A stretch of 62,894 nt of DNA, filler included, from an uncultured Methanosarcinales archaeon (GCA_964472345.1; 21 parts of 21 records of this genome joined end to end with filler, not necessarily neighbours in it), one strand, 5' to 3'; counted from the whole stretch's first letter, positions 29,023 to 37,793 are shown. A program made the numbers and translations. The notes: generated from the letters alone by a model not told the origin.

Positions 29023-30081
29023 TCATTTCAGCCGTAAGCGGAGGATTTTGTCGTCCCCTTCGCGCGGGATGCCGCGTCCGTCCCGGTTGCTGGTGAGGAC
29101 GTAGAGCGCACCATCATGCGCAACGACGTCCCGCACACGCCCGATGCCTGAAACGACAGGCCCCTCAGACACGATGCTGCCATCTTCCGCGAATGTCAGC
29201 TGCCGGAGCTGCGCGCCGCGCAAGCCTGCGACAAAGAGCGTGTCGCCGATGAATGCCGCTCCTGACGGCGCGAGCGTGAACTCCTCATAGCAGCGCAGCG
29301 GGTCTTCAAACTGCTGATGCGGGCACTTCTCCGGCCAGCCGTAGTTTTTTCCCGCAGTGATGAGGTTGATCTCGTCGTGCTTCTCCGGCCCATGCTCGGT
29401 GGCGTAGAGCCGCTTTGTTTTGGGGTGCCATGCGAGCCCCTGCGGATTGCGGTGGCCGTAGCTGTACACGGCATTGCCGAACGGGTTGTCCGCGGGGATG
29501 GAGCCGTCCCTGTTGATGCGCAGGATCTTTCCCGCGAGCGATGAGGTGTCCTGCGCAAGCTCCGGCTCTGTCGCGTCCCCTGAGGTTATGTACAGCTTCC
29601 CGTCCGGCCCGAACCTGATGCGGCCGCCGTTGTGGAAGCGCGCCGCGGGGATCTTGTCGAGGATGACCTTTTCACCGGCAAGCTGCATGCCGTCGAGCGT
29701 CAGGCGGGAGACCCGGTTCCAGAACGTGCCATCCTGCTCGTACAGGTAATAGACATAGATGAACGGGCTCTGCACGAAGCCCGGGTCGACCGCAATGCCG
29801 AGCGAGCCCCCTTCGCCGCGCTCGGTGCCGTTGAGCGTCCCCAGCACCACGACGTTCCCGTTCCTGAGCGTGCTGATGCTCCCGTCGCGCTCGGTGAAGA
29901 TGAGCGTCCCGTCCGGCAGGAAGTCCAGCGCCCAGGGAACATGCAGGTTCTCGGCGAGGACTTCCATCTCAAGCGAAGTCGCCGGCTTTTGCAGGAACGT
30001 CCTCGCAAGGAGGATGGCGCCCGCGAGCGCTATGAGCAGGATGATGATAACAATGATTTTTACCGCTCTTTGTTTGGCCAC
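29023..30081 (-). CDS. PQQ-dependent sugar dehydrogenase (GSDH family)
   Basis: PWALDFLPDG, HNGGRIRFGPDGKLYI, YGHRNPQG. Confidence 0.92.
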   Translation of the reverse strand: MAKQRAVKIIVIIILLIALAGAILLARTFLQKPATSLEMEVLAENLHVPWALDFLPDGTLIFTERDGSISTLRNGNVVVLGTLNGTERGEGGSLGIAVDPGFVQSPFIYVYYLYEQDGTFWNRVSRLTLDGMQLAGEKVILDKIPAARFHNGGRIRFGPDGKLYITSGDATEPELAQDTSSLAGKILRINRDGSIPADNPFGNAVYSYGHRNPQGLAWHPKTKRLYATEHGPEKHDEINLITAGKNYGWPEKCPHQQFEDPLRCYEEFTLAPSGAAFIGDTLFVAGLRGAQLRQLTFAEDGSIVSEGPVVSGIGRVRDVVAHDGALYVLTSNRDGRGIPREGDDKILRLRLK

Positions 30082-30101
30082 GTTCTGGAGGTTTCTTTTT
30101 T

Positions 30102-30732
30102 GCTTTTTAAAGCTTCCTTGGTAATGTCCTTTCCGGACACGGCGTTCACGCCCATTGCCGCTGTTCCATTGCTACCATTTCTTCACAACAATATTTAATA
30201 AGGTCCTCGTTCCGGTGACGCCCATGGATAATCTTGAGCAGGCTGTTGAGCGGCGGGTAGAGTCCACTGACAGTATCCTTGCTCAGTTGCTTGGTAACCG
30301 CCTGCCCGACTTCAATTCAATTCGTTTAGCATTTGAATATCGTCCTGCAAATCAACGTGAAACAATAGAGTACAAGCTTACCATCTTCCCAAACTCGGAT
30401 GATGGCAGTATCACTCTTTCATCACACGGTCCTGAGAAGGATATAGGCCTCTACAGTTATGTTACTCGGGCTGCTCGTGCGTGTTTTGGTGATTTTACAG
30501 AAACACTTGAAACACCTTTTCGCGCGCCCGGTCAGGCTAGGGGTGATCCGGCAAGTTACCGCTTCGATTTCAACTCAGGACCTTTGACCCAAACAGATAT
30601 TGGGCGGTTTATTCAGGCTGTGAACCTCCTTGCGCGTCAGGTTGACCAGAACAACCTTAGGATTACTTTCGGATATCTTCAGCGGTAAAGAGCAACGCGC
30701 GCCTCTCCTTTCGCTTTTTAAAGCTTCCTTGG
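30102..30732. mobile_element. Single-gene islet flanked by exact 20-bp direct repeats (30102-30121, 30713-30732)
   Basis: GCTTTTTAAAGCTTCCTTGG twice around an AT-richer ORF. Confidence 0.7.
30224..30688 (+). CDS. Hypothetical protein (AT-richer)
   Basis: 154 aa ORF with TATA-like TTTAATAA upstream. Confidence 0.65.
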   Translation: MDNLEQAVERRVESTDSILAQLLGNRLPDFNSIRLAFEYRPANQRETIEYKLTIFPNSDDGSITLSSHGPEKDIGLYSYVTRAARACFGDFTETLETPFRAPGQARGDPASYRFDFNSGPLTQTDIGRFIQAVNLLARQVDQNNLRITFGYLQR

Positions 30733-30811
30733 CTCTTGTTTCACATCGCCGAAAGGCTTAAATATTTTAACATAATAAGCATATCCAACATAACGAACGT
30801 GAGGTACCACC

Positions 30812-31033
30812 ATGGTCAGCGTCACCCTGTCTGTTCCGGAAGAAACAAGGAAGGAGATGGACGCGTTTCCGGAAATCAACTGGAGCGCGGTCGCGCGGGA
30901 AGCCATACGGCAGCGGCTCGCCATGCTCAATAAGTTCCGGGAATTCACCAAGGACTCCGCATTGACGGAGGAGGATGCGCTCCAGTTCGGAGCAGACGTG
31001 AGCCGGAGGGCCCGGAAGAGGCACCGGAAATAG
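30812..31033 (+). CDS. VapB-like RHH antitoxin (orphan)
   Basis: MVSVTLSVPEE...PEINWSAVAREAI; GAGGT SD. Confidence 0.8.
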   Translation: MVSVTLSVPEETRKEMDAFPEINWSAVAREAIRQRLAMLNKFREFTKDSALTEEDALQFGADVSRRARKRHRK

Positions 31034-31055
31034 ATGGAACTTAAAGCCCATCCCA

Positions 31056-31475
31056 TTAGGCGTTTAGCCGCCTAAGGTCGAACGCCTGCGAGTAAAGAAG
31101 AAAATCTAAAGTTGCTCCTGCTTGATATTCTACTGGCTCTTCACCTGATTTGAAAATTTTTGCTCCTGCTGTTCCTTTCAAATAAACATGATCACCAGTT
31201 ACTCTAAGCATTGCTCCTTCTCGTAATGCAACAACAATCTCAATATTCCCTAATGCGTGATACTCTCTCAATCTATCATCTCTTGTTTCACCTTGATGGT
31301 CAATTAAAATTTTCAATTGTGGTGCAATTTCCAAAACTGCGTTACGTTCTGCTGCTGATAAGTTCACTGGATCTTGATAATGTGGATTAACATTAAATGG
31401 AACTAATCCTAAAGCATCACGACCATAACATTCAGCAGCAGGCATATCATTAGTGTTACCAATTGTTAATCCTGC
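31056..31475 (-). CDS. pepE: Dipeptidase E (peptidase S51), 3' part, AT-rich
   Basis: TIGNTNDMP, ALGLVPFNVNPHY, HQGETRDDRLREY, VVALREG. Confidence 0.85.
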   Translation of the reverse strand, partial: AGLTIGNTNDMPAAECYGRDALGLVPFNVNPHYQDPVNLSAAERNAVLEIAPQLKILIDHQGETRDDRLREYHALGNIEIVVALREGAMLRVTGDHVYLKGTAGAKIFKSGEEPVEYQAGATLDFLLYSQAFDLRRLNA

Positions 31476-31600
31476 NNNNNNNNNNNNNNNNNNNNNNNNN
31501 NNNNNNNNNNNNNNNNNNNTTAATTAATTAANNNNNNNNNNNNNNNNNNNNNNNNNNNNNNNNNNNNNNNNNNNNCGCAACCTTTAAAAGAGCCGCGGCA

Positions 31601-32536
31601 ATGCCCTTCCCCATGGCAAAAAAGAAGCCAAAGCTGTGGATCCTGTGGCTGCTCATCGCAGGAGCGCTCTTCTTCGGTGCAGCCGTGTTTGGCGTCCTCG
31701 CTGTTGCGCTTGCCGGAGCTGATTTCCGCACGGGGAATGTCGCGCTGATTAAGATCCGGGGGACGATCACCACAGATGGCGGAGCGGATACTTTTGGGGA
31801 GAGCGGCACGGGCGCTGCTGATGTCATTAGCTTCATTGAGAAAGCGGAAGAAGACTCCTTCATCAAGGCGATTGTCCTTGACATCAACAGCCCCGGCGGC
31901 TCTGCGGTCGGCTCGGACGAGATTGCGCAGGCGGTGAAGCAGGCCGAAAAGCCAACGGTCGCGTTCGTGCATGAGATCGGCACCAGCGGGGCGTACTGGG
32001 TCGCGTCAGCATCGGACCACATCATCGCCAACCGCATGTCCATCGTCGGCTCGATCGGCGTGATCGCGAGCTATCTCGAGTTTTCAAGGCTGTTTGAGGA
32101 ATATGGCATCACCTATCAGCGGTTTGTTGCCGGCAAGTACAAGGACCTGGGAAGCCCGTTCAAGGACACGGGTGAAGACGAGCGGGCGCTCCTGCAGGCG
32201 AAGCTCGACCGGCTGCACGCATTCTTCATCGACGAGGTTGCGGCGAACCGCGGCCTTGCGCGCGAGCAGGTGCAGGCGATCGCGACGGGGGAGATCTTCC
32301 TTGGCGGTGAGGGTGTCGGCCTCGGTTTGGTGGATGCGGTGGGCGGCCAGGAGGCGCTCGAAGCCTACCTGCAGACGCTGGGCATCGATGACGCGAGCTT
32401 CAGGGTCTATGAGCGCGAGCAGACGCTGCTCGATGTGCTCGGGAGCGTCGCGAGCAGGCAGTTCTTCTTCATCGGCAAGGGGATCGGGAGCGCGCTGGCC
32501 GGGGTCGTGTATCGGGCGCCGGCGCTGGTGACATAA
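31601..32536 (+). CDS. sppA: Signal peptide peptidase SppA (S49)
   Basis: LDINSPGGSAVGS, TSGAYWVASA, GSIGVI, AGKYKD. Confidence 0.93.
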   Translation: MPFPMAKKKPKLWILWLLIAGALFFGAAVFGVLAVALAGADFRTGNVALIKIRGTITTDGGADTFGESGTGAADVISFIEKAEEDSFIKAIVLDINSPGGSAVGSDEIAQAVKQAEKPTVAFVHEIGTSGAYWVASASDHIIANRMSIVGSIGVIASYLEFSRLFEEYGITYQRFVAGKYKDLGSPFKDTGEDERALLQAKLDRLHAFFIDEVAANRGLAREQVQAIATGEIFLGGEGVGLGLVDAVGGQEALEAYLQTLGIDDASFRVYEREQTLLDVLGSVASRQFFFIGKGIGSALAGVVYRAPALVT

Positions 32537-32552
32537 ACTGCGCTCGCGGCGG

Positions 32553-33122
32553 TCATTTCTCCTGTGCCTCTATCTCCTGCAGGAAGCTGAGCAGCTTTTC
32601 GCCGCTGAACATCCCGAGCGGCACCGTGCGGAAGTATTCCTGGTTCGTTCGGCTGCGCCTGCGCTCGCTGCGCGCGAGCTCCGCGAGCAGTGCCGCCTTG
32701 CTGATGATGCCGAAGAATGTCACCATAGTCCCCTCAACGATGCAGGCAACAACATAGTCGGGGATCTTCTCCGGCTCCTGAAGGAAGCGGTCCTCGGGGT
32801 AGGCGACGGTCTTCCATTTGAACGCAGACGCAGGGCCGATGCTGCGGATGCCGACGGAAACCCATGCGTCGCCTCTCTTGATCTCGAAATCAAGGCCCGC
32901 TCCCGCAGCATCGCCGACGTAGAGCGCACGGTGGCGGAAGAATGCTTTCCGGGCGATGAGCAGCTTCTTGAAGGCCTCTTCCGTGAGCCAGCAGCTGGCG
33001 AAGTTCTGCTTTTTCTGCTCCTTGTTCCGGCCGCGCCAGCCTTCGGCGGCGATCTTCTCCGCTGCCTTCTGCCCGAAGAATGCGATCTCCTCCGGCGTCA
33101 CCTGCTGGATGATGGGGCTCAC
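32553..33122 (-). CDS. Hypothetical protein, possible PD-(D/E)XK nuclease fold
   Basis: Helix with TEEAF, then GLDFEI...VSVGIRS; weak motif. Confidence 0.55.
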   Translation of the reverse strand: MSPIIQQVTPEEIAFFGQKAAEKIAAEGWRGRNKEQKKQNFASCWLTEEAFKKLLIARKAFFRHRALYVGDAAGAGLDFEIKRGDAWVSVGIRSIGPASAFKWKTVAYPEDRFLQEPEKIPDYVVACIVEGTMVTFFGIISKAALLAELARSERRRSRTNQEYFRTVPLGMFSGEKLLSFLQEIEAQEK

Positions 33123-33607
33123 AGGCTCTTCACCAGCTTGTAGCGCTCAATGCGGAAGCCAAACTTCTTGTGCAGGCGGAGCGACGGGCTGTTCCCGGTC
33201 ATGACCGAGGAGCGCACGTCCTTCACGCGCCTGCGCTTCAGCTCGGCAAGCAGCTGCGTGAGCAGCGCGGTGGCGATGCCCCTGCGGCGGAACGCGCGGC
33301 GGATGTACACCTTGCCGATGCGGCCTCTGCCGTCGTTGACGAATGCCTGCCCGAAGCCGGCGATCGTGCTGCCGACGAGCGCAACCGGCCAGAAGCAGCG
33401 CTTGTGCGCGAGCTCTTCGCGGAACGTGCGCCGCATCCTTTCCTGTTCGCGGCGGAGCTCCCTGCGCAGCTGCTGCGGCGTTTTTTTGGGATACTGCAGC
33501 CTGCGCTCGTCCAGCGCGCCCTCGAGGTAGATCTTGTAGAGTGTGTCGAGGTCGCGCCGCGCCGCGCTACGGATTCCGATCTCTTGGGGTGGTGTTCGCT
33601 TGTCCAT
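33119..33607 (-). CDS. GNAT family N-acetyltransferase
   Basis: VYIRRAFRRRGIATALL, N.PSLRLHKKFGF. Confidence 0.88.
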   Translation of the reverse strand: MDKRTPPQEIGIRSAARRDLDTLYKIYLEGALDERRLQYPKKTPQQLRRELRREQERMRRTFREELAHKRCFWPVALVGSTIAGFGQAFVNDGRGRIGKVYIRRAFRRRGIATALLTQLLAELKRRRVKDVRSSVMTGNSPSLRLHKKFGFRIERYKLVKSL

Positions 33608-34406
33608 TTTTGAATATCAGGCAGTAATGGTGATGGATGTTCGGCACGAAGCTTGAGCCCATGCCGTACGGAAACAGCGTCTTGTTGTCCTGCAGCCAGA
33701 TGCGCTCGCCGATCAGCGCGATGTCATGCTCCAGGGCTCTCGCGATGTCCGCTGCGAGCATTCGGTACCTGCCCCCGTCGCGGTAGTTCTGCACGATGAT
33801 GACCAGGTGCCTGCCCGGCCTGAGGATGGACACCGCTTTCCTGAAGACGGCCGCGAGCGCCCCGACGAAGGCACCATAGTCGCCGATGTTGCCGAGGTCG
33901 CTCGTGTCGTCGCTGTACCTCGTGTCCAGCTTCCTGCTCGCGCGCTTCTGCTGCGCCAGGCCTCGCTTGTTGAGCATGGGGCCGTATGGGGGTGACGTGA
34001 TGATAAAATCAACCGTCGGGAGATGGAACTGCTCCATGGCCGCTGCGTCGCCCGTGATCACCTGCTGCGCCGTCGGGCGCCCGCTCAGCGTCTGCTGCCG
34101 CCCCAGCCGCCCGACACGCTCCCGTGCGATCTGCGCGTATTTCTCCTGCAGCTCGATGCCGATGCCGTTGCGTCCGGCCTCCTGCGCCGCGACCAGCGTG
34201 CTCCCCGTGCCGAGAAATGGATCAAAGACCGTTTCGCCGCGCCTAGTGAAGAATTCGATGAACCCCCTGATCATCGACTCGGGGTATTTTGCGGGATGGA
34301 GCTTCTCCTGCGCGCTGCGCGGCGGCGGGTTATGAAGGAACCAGCTCTTGGTGAACTTCAGCCATGCCTTGGCGTCCAGATCGTTGAGCGTGTTGCGCCT
34401 CATCAT
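33567..34406 (-). CDS. DNA amino-methyltransferase (N4-cytosine-like, motif I before motif IV)
   Basis: HPAKYP, FDPFLGTGST, ITSPPY. Confidence 0.88.
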   Translation of the reverse strand: MMRRNTLNDLDAKAWLKFTKSWFLHNPPPRSAQEKLHPAKYPESMIRGFIEFFTRRGETVFDPFLGTGSTLVAAQEAGRNGIGIELQEKYAQIARERVGRLGRQQTLSGRPTAQQVITGDAAAMEQFHLPTVDFIITSPPYGPMLNKRGLAQQKRASRKLDTRYSDDTSDLGNIGDYGAFVGALAAVFRKAVSILRPGRHLVIIVQNYRDGGRYRMLAADIARALEHDIALIGERIWLQDNKTLFPYGMGSSFVPNIHHHYCLIFKNGQANTTPRDRNP

Positions 34407-34436
34407 AAATAGAGAAAGAAGAAGAGAATAAAAACC

Positions 34437-34526
34437 TTACCTGCGCTTCTTGCGCTTTCCCTTGCGGCCACGCGCCATCTTCGCGCGGGAAACGTCGCCG
34501 TGCCTGTCGACGAAATAGAGATAGCC
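34437..34526 (-). CDS. 3' end of a small highly basic protein
   Basis: GYLYFVDRHGDVSRAKMARGRKGKRKKRR*. Confidence 0.65.
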   Translation of the reverse strand, partial: GYLYFVDRHGDVSRAKMARGRKGKRKKRR

Positions 34527-34626
34527 NNNNNNNNNNNNNNNNNNNNNNNNNNNNNNNNNNNNNNNNNNNNTTAATTAATTAANNNNNNNNNNNNNNNNNN
34601 NNNNNNNNNNNNNNNNNNNNNNNNNN

Positions 34627-35083
34627 CCTCATCGGCCCCCGCCAGGTCGTCCTCGTCACCTGCCGCGGCAGCGTGCAGAAGCAGTTCAGCGCCGGGCGCG
34701 AAGAGCGCGACAACATCACGCCCGTCAACTGGCACATGCCCTGCGGCGCGAGCAGCTATGCCATCGCCCTGCACACGCGCTCATTCAGCGCGCAGCTGAT
34801 CCGGCAATCGGGAAGCTTCGTGGTGAATTTCATCCCTGAAACGATGAAGGCGCTCGTTGAAGAGTGCGGAGCGATGAGCGGCGCGGCCGCAGACAAGTTC
34901 GGGCGCTTTTCCATTGAAACGGAGCCGGCTGAGAAGATCGACGCTCCCCGCCTGCGCGACGCGCTCGGCTTCATTGAGTGCCACGTCGTGCAGCAGGTTC
35001 CCTGCGACGACTACATCCTCTTCATCGGAAGCATCCTGCACAAGAAGCTGCGCGACGGCTCTGCCCAGCGGCTTATGTTGTGA
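34627..35083 (+). CDS. Flavin reductase family protein, 5' partial
   Basis: PRQVVLVT, SGSFVVNF, CGAMSG..ADKF, GFIECHV. Confidence 0.85.
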
Positions 35084-35231
35084 GAAAATGTGGTGCAGGT
35101 GCCCGCGTCGCCCGCCCGGCCCCCCGTGCAGCGTCATGGCGCAAGCCCTCACAACAATCCCGCGGCCATTTCCAAAGGCCAACTCGTCAACCCACCATAT
35201 TTATAAACATCATCCATCTCGCGCCAACCGT

Positions 35232-35339
35232 GGGGCCGTCGGCTAGCTTGGTAGGCTTCACCCTTGGGGTTTGCATGACGCAGACAGACTGGGTGCGACG
35301 GGGGTTCAAAGCAGTCCGGTGAAAATCCTCCCGGCCCCA
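35232..35339 (+). tRNA. tRNA-Pro(GGG) with two introns (20 nt at 37/38: 35270-35289; 15 nt at 59/60: 35311-35325)
   Basis: Acceptor GGGGCCG/CGGCCCC, anticodon stem CACCC/GGGTG, T stem GGGGG/CCTCC; BHB-like junctions; TTTATAAA upstream. Confidence 0.9.
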
Positions 35340-35349
35340 TCTTTCTTAG

Positions 35350-35530
35350 GGCTCTTGTGAAACCCTCTCGCCTGCGCTCGGCACTGCCCGTTCGCTCGCG
35401 CTTTTTCCGCGGTTCTCATTCCCGGTGCACCATTGGTTCTTCAGCAAAGAAAAAGCGTGCCCTCGCGCGACTGAAGTTTGCCCCTGCTCGCTCACCATCA
35501 TAAGGCAGTGCATCGGGTTTCACCAGAGCC
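35350..35530. repeat. 181-bp MITE-like structured element with 16-bp terminal inverted repeats
   Basis: GGCTCTTGTGAAACCC / GGGTTTCACCAGAGCC (1 mismatch); nested GCACTGCC/GGCAGTGC and GCGCTTTTTC/GAAAAAGCGT. Confidence 0.8.
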
Positions 35531-35574
35531 ACTCTCAGAAATATTTATAAGAGCGCCTTCCGTTGGCCCGGAGC

Positions 35575-37143
35575 ATGCAGGCAGACGAAAGCGTACACTG
35601 GGCTGACCGGGCTGCGGAGCGCATCATCAGGGAAAAGGGCGACAATGAGCAGTACACCATCGCCGCAGGCATCACCCCCAGCGGCATCGTGCACATCGGC
35701 AACTTCCGGGAGATCATCACTGCGCATCTCATCGAGCGCGCACTGAAGGACAGAAAGAAAAAAGTGCGCTTCATCTATTCCTGGGACGACTACGACGTCT
35801 TCCGCAAGGTGCCCGTCAACCTTCCCGGGCAGGAGGAGCTGAAAAAGCACCTGCGCAAGCCGGTGTCCGCTGTCCCCGACCCGTTCGGCTGCCATGAGAG
35901 CTACGCGCAGCATTTTGAGAAGCAGGTGGAAGAAGCGCTGCCTGCCGTCGGCATCCGCCCGGAATTCATCTCCCAGCAGCAGATGTACCGGCGCTGCGCA
36001 TACGCGCAAAAGATTCGGCAGGCGCTGGAGCAGACCGCGGCGATAGCCGTCATCCTCAACCGCTACCGGAAAGAGCCGCTTGCCGCTGATTGGCTTCCCA
36101 TCACGGTTTTCTGCGGGCGCTGCGGCAGGGACACGACGCGTGCCACCTATGACGGCGGGTACCAGCTCACCTACACCTGCACGTGCGGCGCGCGCGAGAC
36201 CATTGATTTCCGGAAGGCGGGCATCGTCAAGCTCAAATGGCGGGTCGACTGGCCCATGCGCTGGTCGTACGAGAATGTCGATTTCGAATCCGGCGGCAAG
36301 GATCACTTCGCTGCAGGAGGCTCGTACGACACGGGCAGGCAGATCTCCACCGCAGTCTGGAAACGCGAGCCCCCCGCCTCCCTCCGCTACGAATGGATCG
36401 GGATCAAGGGCGGAGAGCAGTTCCACAGCTCAACCGGCAACGTGGTGACACTGCAGCAGCTGCTGGAGGTGTACGAGCCGGAAGTCGTGCGCTACCTGTT
36501 TGCCTCGACGCGCCCCGAGGCCGAGTTCGCAATCTCGTTTGATGCAGATGTGATCAAGATCTATGAGGACTTCGATGCCTGCGAGCGCGCCGCCTTCGCG
36601 CAGCATGCCGTTTCCGCCAAGGAGCAGGCCAAGCAGCGGCGCATCTACGAGCTCAGCTTCATCGGATCGCTGCCTGCGGGCATCCCGTTCCAGCCGAGCT
36701 TCCGCCACCTCACGACCATCCTGCAGATCCACCAGATGGATTGTGAAAAGGCAATCGGGTTCCTCGAGCACGAATTGCGGGATGCACACGGCCGCAGGCG
36801 CCTTGAGCAGCGGGCGCTCTGCGCGAAACGCTGGCTCGAGCAGTACGCGCCGGAACAGTACCGCTTCACCGTCCAGGCAGAGGTCCCCGAAGGACTGCAG
36901 CTGGGCGAGAAGCAGCGTCAGGCGCTGAAGATCCTTTCGCAGAAGCTGCGCGGGCGCGACTGGACCGACATCGAGCTGCACGAAGAGTTTTACGTCCTCT
37001 GCAAGAATCTCGGGCTGAGCAACACGGACTTCTTCGAGGCGGCATATCAGGTGCTCGTCAACAAGCCAAAAGGGCCGCGGCTCGCGAGCTTCATCCTTCA
37101 CATAGGCAAGGAGCAGGTGGCGGAATTGTTCGAGGGGGTGTGA
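35575..37143 (+). CDS. lysS: Lysine-tRNA ligase, class I
   Basis: HWAD, AGITPSGIVHIGNFRE, WRVDWPMRW, GGKDH, GPRLASFI. Confidence 0.97.
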   Translation: MQADESVHWADRAAERIIREKGDNEQYTIAAGITPSGIVHIGNFREIITAHLIERALKDRKKKVRFIYSWDDYDVFRKVPVNLPGQEELKKHLRKPVSAVPDPFGCHESYAQHFEKQVEEALPAVGIRPEFISQQQMYRRCAYAQKIRQALEQTAAIAVILNRYRKEPLAADWLPITVFCGRCGRDTTRATYDGGYQLTYTCTCGARETIDFRKAGIVKLKWRVDWPMRWSYENVDFESGGKDHFAAGGSYDTGRQISTAVWKREPPASLRYEWIGIKGGEQFHSSTGNVVTLQQLLEVYEPEVVRYLFASTRPEAEFAISFDADVIKIYEDFDACERAAFAQHAVSAKEQAKQRRIYELSFIGSLPAGIPFQPSFRHLTTILQIHQMDCEKAIGFLEHELRDAHGRRRLEQRALCAKRWLEQYAPEQYRFTVQAEVPEGLQLGEKQRQALKILSQKLRGRDWTDIELHEEFYVLCKNLGLSNTDFFEAAYQVLVNKPKGPRLASFILHIGKEQVAELFEGV

Positions 37144-37273
37144 GGAGCCGCATACGCCAGGGACCGGGTCTTATCGGCTGTTCCTGGCGGCGCTGGTGCG
37201 CGGTAGCGCGGACTTTTTGATAACGCCCGAAGGCGTATATCTTTAAAAACCTCGGTCCTTTGCACCCCGCAGC

Positions 37274-37357
37274 GCCCTTGTAGCTCAGTGGCGGAGCGCG
37301 TCCTTGGTACGCTCAACAAAAAGGACGAGGTCGAGGGTTCAATTCCCTCCAAGGGCT
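37274..37357 (+). tRNA. tRNA-Thr(GGT) with 12-nt intron at 37/38 (37310-37321)
   Basis: GCCCTTG/CAAGGGC, GCTC/GAGC D stem, CGTCC/GGACG, GAGGG-TTCAATT-CCCTC. Confidence 0.92.
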
Positions 37358-37433
37358 TGAGCGAAGCGAAAGCGCTTGGAGGTAAGAAACGCAAGTTTCT
37401 GTGTCTCCAAGGGCTTGAGCGAAGCGAAAGCGC
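37347..37433. repeat. Palindromic tandem repeat starting in the tRNA-Thr 3' end (29-bp direct repeat, period 58)
   Basis: CTCCAAGGGCTTGAGCGAAGCGAAAGCGC at 37347 and 37405 with inverted CTTGGAG between. Confidence 0.85.
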
Positions 37434-37533
37434 NNNNNNNNNNNNNNNNNNNNNNNNNNNNNNNNNNNNNNNNNNNNTTAATTAATTAANNNNNNNNNNN
37501 NNNNNNNNNNNNNNNNNNNNNNNNNNNNNNNNN

Positions 37534-37793
37534 GGGACATTGAACCACCGGACATCAAGCCTCCTGCACAGCTCCGCGAGCGCCTCGACGCTGCCGAGCA
37601 GCCTCTGCTGGTTGAATGCCGCCCCTTCCGCCGCTGCAAACGGCAGATTGATGCGGAACGTCCGCACTGCAATTTCCCGTGCGGAAAACGCGCTGCGCGC
37701 AGCGTCCAAAAACTGCTGGAGCTGCACCTCAAGCTGCTCCGCCTGCAGAAGCGCCGCGGCCGGCACTCCGATGGTGATCGTCCGCAGGTTCAT
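37534..37793 (-). CDS. DUF711-like protein, N-terminal part
   Basis: MNLRTITIG...VRTFRINLP pattern; ATGA-coupled to the upstream gene. Confidence 0.5.

Noticed and set aside
37347..37433. CRISPR array
   Set aside because: Only two copies, the repeat includes tRNA sequence, the spacer is itself palindromic, and no cas genes are seen.
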